Source of the DNA: a virus
Taxonomy: Duplodnaviria; Heunggongvirae; Uroviricota; Caudoviricetes
DNA length: 17,278 nucleotides
Direction: 5' to 3' (one strand)
IMG/VR virus record: IMGVR_UViG_2711768073_000019
The stretch's first letter is position 1. Each line of letters opens with the position of its first letter. Shown here in pieces: positions 1-8,019 of this stretch. The translations under genes and the position numbers were made by a program. The notes under the pieces were generated by a model. It did no database searches. It was not told the origin of the DNA and was given only the letters and a program-made list of their open reading frames with translations.

Positions 1-549
1 ATGCAATTTAATATCCCTACGTTGCTTACACTGTTCCGTGTCATCCTTATCCCATTCTTTGTATTGGTCTTTTATCTGCCTGTCACCTGGTCGCCGTTTG
101 CCGCCGCGCTCATTTTCTGCGTCGCGGCGGTGACTGACTGGTTCGATGGTTTTCTGGCACGCCGCTGGAACCAGAGTACCCGGTTTGGTGCTTTCCTTGA
201 CCCTGTGGCAGATAAAGTTCTCGTGGCTATCGCCATGGTGCTGGTAACCGAGCATTATCACAGCTGGTGGGTGACATTACCGGCGGCAACGATGATCGCC
301 CGTGAAATTATTATTTCTGCGCTACGCGAATGGATGGCGGAGTTGGGTAAACGCAGTAGCGTGGCCGTCTCCTGGATTGGGAAAGTGAAAACCACTGCCC
401 AGATGGTGGCGTTGGCATGGCTGCTGTGGCGTCCGAACATTTGGGTTGAGTACGCCGGTATTGCACTTTTCTTTGTGGCTGCGGTACTGACTCTGTGGTC
501 AATGTTGCAATATTTGAGCGCTGCGCGTGCAGATTTGCTTGATCAGTGA
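1..549 (+). CDS. pgsA: CDP-diacylglycerol--glycerol-3-phosphate 3-phosphatidyltransferase (phosphatidylglycerophosphate synthase), 182 aa, complete
   Basis: ATG at 1, TGA at 547-549. Multi-pass membrane protein with the CDP-alcohol phosphatidyltransferase motif (DWFDGFLAR...[10 protein letters not shown]). Matches E. coli PgsA from memory. Conserved synteny with the downstream glyW-cysT-leuZ tRNAs. Confidence 0.96.
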
Positions 550-599
550 TCGTTTCGGCGTAATTTTCAGCAAACGATCAAAAGTGGTGAAAAATATCG

Positions 600-627
600 T
601 TGACTCATCGCGCCAGGTAAGTAGAAT
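600..627 (+). promoter_or_regulatory. Putative sigma70 promoter of the glyW-cysT-leuZ tRNA operon (-35 TTGACT 600-605, 16-bp spacer, -10 TAGAAT 622-627)
   Basis: Near-consensus hexamers read directly. AT-rich UP-like tract upstream (aaaagtggtgaaaaatatcg), GC-rich discriminator downstream, about 75 bp before tRNA-Gly. Not experimentally anchored. Confidence 0.5.
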
Positions 628-700
628 GCAACGCATCGAACGGCGGCACTGATTGCCAGACGATAATAAAATCAAGTGATTAACTGATTGCTTGATGAAT

Positions 701-776
<76 letters not shown>

Positions 777-830
777 GTTTAAAAGACATCGGCGTCAAGC
801 GGATGTCTGGCTGAAAGGCCTGAAGAATTT

Positions 831-904
831 GGCGCGTTAACAAAGCGGTTATGTAGCGGATTGCAAATCCGTCTAGTCCGGTTCGACTCCGGAACGCGCC
901 TCCA
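831..904 (+). tRNA. cysT: tRNA-Cys (anticodon GCA), 74 nt with encoded CCA
   Basis: GGCGCGTTAACAAAGCGGTTATGTAGCGGATTGCAAATCCG...GCGCCTCCA. Acceptor stem ggcgcgt/acgcgcc, anticodon loop ttGCAaa. Confidence 0.96.
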
Positions 905-916
905 CTTTCTTCCCGA

Positions 917-1003
917 GCCCGGATGGTGGAATCGGTAGACACAAGGGATTTAAAATCCCTCGGCGTTCGCGCTGTGCGGGTTCAAGTCCCGCTCCGGGTA
1001 CCA
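917..1003 (+). tRNA. leuZ: tRNA-Leu (anticodon UAA), 87 nt class II tRNA with long variable arm and encoded CCA
   Basis: GCCCGGATGGTGGAATCGGTAGACACAAGGGATTTAAAATCCC...GGTTCAAGTCCCGCTCCGGGTACCA. Anticodon loop ttTAAaa, long variable arm. Confidence 0.96.
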
Positions 1004-1046
1004 TGGGAAAGATAAGAATAAAATCAAAGCAATAAGCAGTGTCGTG

Positions 1047-1069
1047 AAACCACCTTCGGGTGGTTTTTT
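1047..1069 (+). terminator. Rho-independent terminator of the tRNA operon
   Basis: Hairpin aaaccacc-ttcg-ggtggttt followed by T-run (1064-1069). Confidence 0.85.
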
Positions 1070-1541
1070 CGTATTTGTATTTTGTGCAATGGCGGTAGAG
1101 TGGCGATGGTGTGGCGATATGCAGAAACAATGGTAGTGCACGTGCTGTTTAAACTCTAAGGATGAAGCAGAATTCTTCTGCAGCTCCTCCGTATTTCGCA
1201 TAGTGAACCAGGACCTCTGTTAAACAAAAATTTTTCTGGGATTTTTTCACTCGACTTCATTTTTCCTCCTGCAATCCACCAACAGGTACCTGCGCTAATC
1301 TATCTTTTTAATCTGACAACATCTTGGGAAAAGGCAAATTCGTCAGATTTACTGTTTTTCTGCTGCCTCGAATGCCGATGTCTGAAGCACTGATAAGAGT
1401 TCTATCTCTTTGATATAGATCTTTTTTTTGATGAATTGCACGACATATTATCGTTATGACACCTTCTTGTTAAAGGTATTGTACTCCTCATCTCGATTTT
1501 ATGATGTGGGCTATGATTGGTTAGTAATAGAGTGTATCGGT

Positions 1542-1823
1542 ATGCGATGTGGTTTATTAATGGCAATCTGCCTTTGTTTAGTATCTTTTAGTGGATATGC
1601 AGCAACAGGAAAGTCTGATGCTCAGATCAAAAAAGAAATAATTAAAGAATCCATTGAATCTTATCCAGGCAATTGTGCGTGTCCTTATAATCATGCAAGG
1701 AATGGTAGTAGATGTGGTGGACGCAGTGCATATAGCCGTAATGGAGGGTATGACGTGGTATGTTATGAGGGTGATGTTACCGATGAAATGATCCGGCAAT
1801 GGAAGCAGGAGAATGCTGAGTAA
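1542..1823 (+). CDS. Small secreted Cys-rich hypothetical protein (93 aa from ATG 1542; the track ORF starts upstream at 1428)
   Basis: N-terminal hydrophobic signal-peptide-like segment MRCGLLMAICLCLVSFSGYAATG. Mature part has 4 Cys (NCACPYNHARNGSRCGG...VVCYEG). Lies in a roughly 38 percent GC region just past the tRNA terminator. No recognised family; weak RBS. Confidence 0.4.
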   Translation: MRCGLLMAICLCLVSFSGYAATGKSDAQIKKEIIKESIESYPGNCACPYNHARNGSRCGGRSAYSRNGGYDVVCYEGDVTDEMIRQWKQENAE

Positions 1824-1895
1824 TCTCTTTTAACAGGTTTGTTGTGCGAGCATTATGTGCCGTTAACGGTACACTAGCTAGTGATTGTTCCAAAA

Positions 1896-1932
1896 AGAAA
1901 ACCCGCAGTTCTTACGCTGCGGGTTTGTTGTT
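1896..1932. terminator. Bidirectional intrinsic terminator hairpin
   Basis: aaacccgcag-ttcttacg-ctgcgggttt, a perfect 10-bp stem flanked by A-run on one side and T-rich tract on the other. It sits 3' of the minus-strand hok-like gene and 3' of the plus-strand small ORF. Confidence 0.7.
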
Positions 1933-2011
1933 CATGTCTGTGAGATAGGGTGCCACTTCAGCCAACCTTAGCAACCGATTGACGGGGGATTGCTCCCCCG
2001 TCGCGGTTTCC

Positions 2012-2152
2012 TTACTGCTTACACTGTAAGAACGCCGCAAACTCCGCTCCCCAGAAGCTCATCCGTATTTCACACAGCGAACCGTGTAGCATCCAGATGA
2101 TGAGGATTACCGTCACGCAGAACGTGATGGCTGTAAGCGATTTTTGCGACAT
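2012..2152 (-). CDS. Hok/Gef-family type I toxin, 46 aa (not in the supplied ORF track because it is under 60 aa)
   Basis: Manual translation of the minus strand: MSQKSLTAITFCVTVILIIWMLHGSLCEIRMSFWGAEFAAFLQCKQ. Single N-terminal TM helix followed by the Hok signature SLCEIR and an EFAAF(L) tail (compare Hok KSLCEIR...EVAAFMAYE). RBS aaaGGAGcaagcgctATG. Followed 3' by a perfect stem-loop gacggggg-attgct-cccccgtc (1981-2002), then the terminator. Confidence 0.8.
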   Translation of the reverse strand: MSQKSLTAITFCVTVILIIWMLHGSLCEIRMSFWGAEFAAFLQCKQ

Positions 2153-2342
2153 AGCGCTTGCTCCTTTGTTGGAGAGGCGCTAACCTATCACTTGCTTAAG
2201 GTAGATATGTTAGGGCCTCGGTTAAACAGAAATGTTTTCCGGGGCCTTTCCACATCCGGCCTTCGGGTATTCCTCCGACCATCAGCCGAAAGGCACCCGC
2301 GGGTAATCTATCGTTTTTTTGTTACTCCGGCAATTCTGCCTG

Positions 2343-2603
2343 TTAATTCTGAGGTAAAGGCAAACTCATCTGATTGTTTCCCCTGTGTGAAGCTGGCAGC
2401 TCATGCCACGGGATACCTTCCGAAGAGTGAACGCCGGAGGCGTGTTTTGATGTGAATTTATGGAAAGCTTCCAGTGTTGAGAAGCATACGCCGCATTCCA
2501 GGTTGTTACACTGGTAATACTTTTGCCGCACAGTGTTTGAATCGTTTTCCGGACGACTGGTGCGGATTCGGGCAGATGCGCCACAAAGCGGACAACGGAA
2601 CAT
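2343..2603 (-). CDS. ogr: Ogr/Delta-family zinc-finger late-gene transcriptional activator (P2-like), 86 aa
   Basis: MFRCPLCGASARIRTSRPENDSNTVRQKYYQCNNLECGVCF aligns with P2 Ogr MFHCPLCQHAAHARTSRY...ERYHQCQNVNCSATF, including the four Cys ligands (C4, C7, C32, C37). Strong RBS aaGGGAGGtcgctATG. The C-terminus is longer than the P2 Ogr as recalled (72 aa). Confidence 0.8.
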   Translation of the reverse strand: MFRCPLCGASARIRTSRPENDSNTVRQKYYQCNNLECGVCFSTLEAFHKFTSKHASGVHSSEGIPWHELPASHRGNNQMSLPLPQN

Positions 2604-2892
2604 AGCGACCTCCCTTAACGTGGTGCTGCCGCTATTCTAAGTTGTAATAGCTCAGACTCCAACTGACAGTTTGCGCAGCCAGAATACAATCAAACCTAGC
2701 GGTACGCTTTGTGCGAAGAGCGGAAGTTCGCAACTCCAACAACTTTGATAACCTCCGCATAAATGGAAATCGGTTGCTTACATAAGTTTATTGGCTGAGG
2801 TGCATATCGGGAAGCAAGCGGGCAGTGCCATCTTATCTGTTACAATCCCGAAATGATTGTTCAGCCCGCTTTTTCTAACAGCATGTAAACAT

Positions 2893-4032
2893 TCAGCTGC
2901 AAATTTCGTTGTTGCTGCATGTTATCTCTTCAAGTGCAGCGGCGTTATAATCAACGGAATGATCAACCTGTGATGTAGGTCTGCCAAAAAATTCAACCCC
3001 TGACATAATCATGTTGCCGATATTCTCTCGCTGTTTATCACTGAGCCTGTCCCACCACTCAGGGGATGAATATGTATTTTCGGCCTTTGTGAAGAAAAAA
3101 TACAGAAGGGTATTGAACATCCTGTTAGCTGGGATCTTAATTAGTGTCCGTATAAAACGTCTGATAATTGTTGAAGTTCTCAGCCAACTGAACACTACAT
3201 ATCCCTTACCTCCGCAGGAAAAAGCATTGAAACATACTTGTTCCGCCGACACTGTAAGATCGCTCAAATCCTGAATTTTGGTCCCATCGAAATCCCTCTC
3301 CGGTGAAAGAATTGACGAAACTACAATTGGTAAAGGCTCTGCAAAAGTGAAGATAACACTTTCAATTTCTGAAAATTGCCTGCTAAGTAGGATGCGGTCG
3401 AGGCTAGTTTTAAGATTATTTAATTCAATTATTGCTGCATTTAAGCCACTTTGGTGCTGGTCGATTAATTTCTGAATATAATACTGTTCAACTTGTAGCT
3501 TTCCTTTATCGGCATTTTTAGCAAAATCAGAAGATAGCACTCCCCCTTCTTTGGCATAAATTTCTTTAGACAATGAACGAAACATTAAGGCAAAGCACTG
3601 CTCGTCCGTGCCTGTAAATTTTTCGTTCTCTAGGCATGAAAATAAGATTCTGTCATGAACTGCACAAAATCCTGTAAAAGTGGATGCCTGATTGATACCG
3701 ATCTTCTCGGGAAGCCATTTTCCGTTGTTTCTCATCAGGCTTGCTAAGTTCATTATCACCCCCATGACGTGATTGCTGGAGTCGGCGATCGCCTTAAGGC
3801 TACTGCTCTTAGATATCGTATGCGCCTGAACGATGCGTTTATCACAATCTTCGTGCATGGATGCTGGCGCATAACATGCCTTTCTCTGCGAGAGAGACTT
3901 TGAAAATTTCAGTGCCTCGGCTTTGGATACCGGAGTTTCACGATCTCGACCAAGATGGCACTTTTTATACTTAAGTCCTGAATTACACCAGCACTTATCA
4001 TTTCTTCCTAATTTCACTTTATTGTTTCCCAC
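2893..4032 (-). CDS. Hypothetical cargo protein, 379 aa, with N-terminal SEC-C-type zinc-ribbon motif; unknown function
   Basis: Long uninterrupted minus-strand ORF in an AT-rich block between gpD and ogr. Residues 9-26 GRNDKCWCNSGLKYKKCH match the SEC-C metal-binding motif. The rest resembles no family I recognise. The annotated start is GTG without a clear SD; an alternative GTG at 4017 follows GGGAAA. Confidence 0.6.
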   Translation of the reverse strand: MGNNKVKLGRNDKCWCNSGLKYKKCHLGRDRETPVSKAEALKFSKSLSQRKACYAPASMHEDCDKRIVQAHTISKSSSLKAIADSSNHVMGVIMNLASLMRNNGKWLPEKIGINQASTFTGFCAVHDRILFSCLENEKFTGTDEQCFALMFRSLSKEIYAKEGGVLSSDFAKNADKGKLQVEQYYIQKLIDQHQSGLNAAIIELNNLKTSLDRILLSRQFSEIESVIFTFAEPLPIVVSSILSPERDFDGTKIQDLSDLTVSAEQVCFNAFSCGGKGYVVFSWLRTSTIIRRFIRTLIKIPANRMFNTLLYFFFTKAENTYSSPEWWDRLSDKQRENIGNMIMSGVEFFGRPTSQVDHSVDYNAAALEEITCSNNEICS

Positions 4033-4431
4033 GAAATTAATGTTCTATAACAAAAACACTTATCGAAAATAGGTGTAATTTATCACTCCGGCAGCTAAAA
4101 GATCATCTGCCACATGCACGATAATAAATCTTCCTTGCGTCATCATCTCCCTCTGTTCTTAAATCAGGTGTTGCCTGTGTGCGGAGGATTCGCGAAGTAC
4201 AGTAGCCGAAATGCATGATCTTACCCATCAATGGTGAGCACGCGATAATAAGTGAGTCCCTAATTGACCACTCATGGCAATACAACTTCAACCAGCATTC
4301 ATGACCACTATCCGTGGATTAACTGTTACATAAGCAACACCTGCTCTAGGCACAAAGCGGGCTGCCAGATTGGGTCTGGCACTGTGCTGTGAGTGTGTCA
4401 GTTCTGGTTTGAGTCAATACATCTAATTTGC

Positions 4432-5532
4432 TCATTCTGTTTCTGCTATCCATTCCGGGATTTTTGCTTCAAGCTCAAGCTGTGTGGTAAAGCCGCTGTT
4501 ATCAATGGTGTGCTCGGCTTTTGCAATAATCCAGTCCTGATTATCGATGTCACTTTTGAAGCCTGTCACCGTGCCATGCATTTCGGGATAGAGTTCTGCG
4601 CGTCCACGCGCCAGCGTGATGGAGAATGATGCGGCTCCGCGTTGTAGCTGCTGCCACTTTGCCGCCGCTGCACGTCTTGCTGCCTGCTCGTTCTGATAAG
4701 TCTTGCGTAACACAAACACGTTGCCTTCCGCACCTTCCATATAGTCACCTTCACGGCTGCTGCTTTTCTCCTTTTTCGGTTTGCGGCGTTTCACGCTGAC
4801 TTTTTTCTTTTTCCCGTAATTAAGATCAAGCCAGTAAGCACGTACCCCCGTATACGCTTCGCGGTCAGCAATGCGGAACTGATGGCGATCGCCACTGCTG
4901 CGCGTGATGGCGAACGATGGCAACGGCTGGCCCTGTGCGTTCACGCCACCGCCTGGCATGATGAATAACAGATTACTGCTTTTTACCGTAGTGATTGCGC
5001 CCAGCATTTCCGCCATGCGCGTAAGGAAGGACATGTCGCTTTCTTCGGTCTGGTCGGCGTGGTCGATTTCAATATCCATCAGCATTTCGCTGATTTGTGG
5101 TTTCAGACCGTACCGATGAGCGATGGCGGATACCACGCGCTCAACGGTCACATCATGCCAGGACACCTCACGTTTAACGTTAAATTCATCCCGAAAATCT
5201 GCGCTTCTGGCTGAAACAGTCAGCCTGTCCGGCGGTCCTTCGTGAGCGATTTCATCAACAATGTAAGTGCCTTTTTCTGTCAGCGGTTCTCCTTTCCAGC
5301 CAATGAGAACCGTCAGGTGCGCGCCCCGTGGCGGTAGCTGCAACTGACCATCTGCATCATCCAGCATGATGGTGAGCTGGTCCGCCTCAAATCCCCGGTT
5401 GTCGGTCAGTGACAGGCTCATCAGGCGCTCTGCCACGCCGGACAGTGTTTCCCCCTCCGCGAGAATATCAAAATCCGGCATTTTCACGGGGTCTGTGCTC
5501 TGACTGAGCAATTGCATGGTGGTATCGGTCAT
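4432..5532 (-). CDS. D: P2-like tail protein D (Phage_GPD / late control gene D family), copy 1, 366 aa
   Basis: RBS AGGGAGGgaacagATG at 5532 (track ORF 4432-5664 has 44 junk N-terminal codons running into IS2). Typical gpD motifs: SLSLTDNRGFEADQLTIMLDDADGQL, VSWHDVTVERVVSAIAHRYGLKP, K/R-rich internal linker. Ends ...EWIAETE. Confidence 0.9.
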   Translation of the reverse strand: MTDTTMQLLSQSTDPVKMPDFDILAEGETLSGVAERLMSLSLTDNRGFEADQLTIMLDDADGQLQLPPRGAHLTVLIGWKGEPLTEKGTYIVDEIAHEGPPDRLTVSARSADFRDEFNVKREVSWHDVTVERVVSAIAHRYGLKPQISEMLMDIEIDHADQTEESDMSFLTRMAEMLGAITTVKSSNLLFIMPGGGVNAQGQPLPSFAITRSSGDRHQFRIADREAYTGVRAYWLDLNYGKKKKVSVKRRKPKKEKSSSREGDYMEGAEGNVFVLRKTYQNEQAARRAAAAKWQQLQRGAASFSITLARGRAELYPEMHGTVTGFKSDIDNQDWIIAKAEHTIDNSGFTTQLELEAKIPEWIAETE

Positions 5533-5648
5533 CTGTTCCCTCCCTGTGCGGCATGGTCGCATGTGCGTGCATAGGGGGTTACTGCTTTTTGTTGTCGCCG
5601 TGGCGGGAGAACGGCGCAGGGGTGAGATTACGCGNCCTGGATTTGCCC

Positions 5649-6554
5649 CTATATTTCCAGACACCTGTTATCACTTACCCCATCACTGGCCCACTGCCGC
5701 AGATATTCCCGTGGCGAGCGATAACCCAGCGCACTATGCGGATGCCATTCGTTATAATGCTCGAACGCCTCTGCAAGGTTCTTTGCTGCCGTTAACCCGT
5801 CTGGTTTGGGCATGATACTTATGTAGTCACGCTTTATCGTTTTCACGAAGCTCTCTGCTATTCCGTTACTCTCCGGACTCCGCACTGCCGTGTTCTTCGG
5901 TTCAAGTCCCAACATCCTGGCGAACTGACGTGTTTCATTCGCCCGGTAGCATGAACCATTATCCGTCAGCCACTCCACTGGAGACGCCGGAAGCTCGCTG
6001 CCAAAGCGGCGTTCCACTGCTCCCAGCATGACGTCCTGTACTGTTTCACTGTCGAAGCCACCCGTTGTGACCGCCCAGTGCAGTGCCTCACGGTCACAGC
6101 AGTCCAGCGCGAACGTGACCCGCAGTTTTTCTCCGTTATCACAGCGGAACTCAAACCCGTCAGAGCACCATCGCTGATTACTTTCTTTCACAGCCACTCT
6201 GCCGGTATGTGCCCGTTTCGATGGCGGTACAGCGGGTTTTCGCTCAAGCAACAGCGCATTCTGGCGCATGATCCGGTAAACACGTTTGGCATTGATCGCA
6301 GGCATACCATCAAGTTCTGTTTGTCTGCGAAGCAGCGCCCATACCCGACGATAACCATATGTGGGTAGCTCTCCGATAACATGGTGTATACGGCGAAGCA
6401 CATCCGTATCATCCGTGTGACGGCTGCGGCGGCCGTCCTTCCAGTCATCGGCTCGTCTGAGAATGACGTGCAACTGCGCACGCGACACCCGGAGACAACG
6501 GCTGACGAAGCTTACTCCCCATCCCCGGGCAATAAGGGCGCGTGCGCTATCCAC
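5649..6554 (-). CDS. insD: IS2 transposase OrfB (InsD, DDE integrase domain), 301 aa; expressed as OrfAB fusion by -1 frameshift
   Basis: [34 protein letters not shown]... is IS3-family OrfB with an rve integrase core. Overlaps insC in the -1 frame. Confidence 0.93.
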
Positions 6555-6877
6555 TTTTTTGCTCGCCCATATTCAACGGCTTCTTTAAGGAGTTCATTTT
6601 CCATCGTTTTTTTGCCGAGCAGACGCTGGAGTTCTTTAATCTGCTTCATGGCGGCAGCAAGTTCAGAGGCAGGAACGACCTGTTCTCCGGCAGCCACAGC
6701 AGTAAGACTTCCCTCCTGGTATTGCTTACGCCAGAGAAATAGCTGGCTGGCTGCCACACCATGTTGCCGGGCAACAAGGGAGACCGTCATTCCCGGTTCA
6801 AAGCTCTGCTGAACGATAGCGATCTTTTCCTGTGTAGTACGCCGTCTGCGTTTCTCCGGCCCTAAGACATCAATCAT
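6512..6877 (-). CDS. insC: IS2 transposase OrfA (InsC), 121 aa
   Basis: [40 protein letters not shown]... is identical in character to IS2 InsC. Start set at ATG 6877 (GGAGAACAGATG), not the upstream track start. Confidence 0.93.
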
Positions 6878-6968
6878 CTGTTCTCCAATGACTAGTCTAA
6901 AAACTAGTATTAAGACTATCACTTATTTAAGTGATATTGGTTGTCTGGAGATTCAGGGGGCCAGTCTA

Positions 6969-8019
6969 CGACCTAAATCCTGAGCTCATCCCCGATATTA
7001 TTTCGGCTATTAAAAAACTATCAACGCCACCTTACAAAATAGAGATACAGGGTGGGGAGCCTCTCTTGCGGTTTGATTTAATTCAGAGCATCTATGATCA
7101 ATGTGCTGAAACGCTGGGAAGAACCAATTTTGAGATGGTGGTGGCATCAAGTCTGTCTGTCTTGAATGAGGATATGATTGAATGGTCGAGAGACCGGAAC
7201 ATAACGTTCTCTGTGTCGCTTGATGGTGAGGAAGTTGTTCACAACAGTAATCGAATTCTTGGTCGTGGGCTTGCGTATAGTAGAACAGTGTCAGGGGTAG
7301 AGGCTATCAAACACTCTTTAGGTGCTGGCCGCGTTGCAACGGTTACTACAGTTACTAAAGAGCTTATCAGACGTCCTGAATCGATTGTTCAGGCTCACTT
7401 GTCTCTTGGTCTCAAGGACATGTTTATCCGACCTGTTAGTCCCTATGGGTTTGCACAAAAAGCTTCTTTCACCTTTTCTATGGACGAATACTTCAGCTTC
7501 TATGCCTCGTTGATAGATGAAATCCTTAAGATTAATAATGAAGGGATAAGGGTTGTGGAACATTCGGCCTCCATTCATCTGAAAAGGATCTTCAATCCCG
7601 GTTTTAGTGGTTATGCGGATTTAAAGTCTCCAAGTGGAGTCGTGCTTAACAGTATTCTTTTCAATTATGACGGTCGAGTATATGGTAGCGATGAGAGCCG
7701 TATGTTGCAGAAGGTGAATCCTGAAACGGAGTTCAGTGCGGGTGAAGTTAAGACGCTATCATTTTCTGATAGTCCTTACTATAACGCAGTATTGAGTTCA
7801 TCGTTCAATTTTGCTCTGCCAGGTTGTGATACATGTGCATATCAACCATTTTGTGGTTCAGATCCATGCCAGAACATAAGTGTACAGGGTGAGCCTGTCG
7901 GTGATAGGAGTCGTTCAACGTTTTGTCAATATCACAAGGGGATGTTCAGGTATCTGATGAACTGCATCTCAGAGGGTGGTTCGAAGGCTGAGATGCTAAA
8001 AGGATGGGCATATGTCTGA
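6969..8019 (+). pseudogene. 5'-truncated radical SAM / SPASM-domain enzyme (HxsB-like maturase), interrupted by IS2
   Basis: Reading frame continues out of the IS2 end. Retained sequence begins just before the SAM-binding GGEPLL motif but lacks the upstream CxxxCxxC triad, so roughly 60-100 N-terminal residues are missing. C-terminal Cys-rich auxiliary-cluster motif ALPGCDTCAYQPFCGSDPC. Low GC. The B versus C assignment is tentative. Confidence 0.65.

Larger units (their letters stand above)
5638..6968 (-). mobile_element. IS2 (IS3 family), complete 1331-bp copy
   Basis: Termini match IS2 as I remember them: TGGATTTGCCCCTATATTTCCAGACA at 5638 and the reverse complement of TAGACTGGCCCCCTGAATCTCCAGACAACC ending at 6968. 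Encodes InsC/InsD with an A6G slippery site near 6554-6561 in the orfA/orfB overlap. Confidence 0.95.

Noticed and set aside
2144-2455. 103-aa plus-strand ORF (TTG start) and a 72-aa minus-strand ORF overlapping the hok leader and ogr
   Set aside because: Antisense to or out of frame with the Hok and Ogr-like genes, which have strong family signatures and RBSs; at most this region holds a small Sok-like RNA, not a protein gene.
3011-3475. Two plus-strand ORFs (87 and 65 aa) inside the SEC-C protein gene
   Set aside because: Shadow ORFs antisense to a much longer uninterrupted ORF; low-complexity, AT-driven sequence.
4103-4291. 62-aa minus-strand ORF between gpD and the SEC-C gene
   Set aside because: No RBS and no recognisable features; more likely part of the untranslated or promoter region of the cargo gene. 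Not excluded as a small partner protein.
4393-5119. Plus-strand ORFs of 70-80 aa inside gpD, with the same pattern repeated inside every gpD and FI copy (for example 9894-10130, 10399-10611, 11774-12115, 15180-15521)
   Set aside because: Antisense shadow ORFs of well-supported phage tail genes; they recur only because the underlying genes are repeated.
5881-5905. 12-mer ggttcaagtccc matching the tRNA-Leu T-arm, a possible att-type direct repeat
   Set aside because: It lies inside IS2 (antisense to insD), is too short, and is not flanked by other tRNA-derived sequence; coincidence.
5633-6973. Possible 5-bp IS2 target-site duplication, cg-n-cc on the left and cgacc on the right
   Set aside because: Depends on an unknown base, and the leading cg is already explained by the gpD-upstream sequence; too weak to claim a simple insertion.
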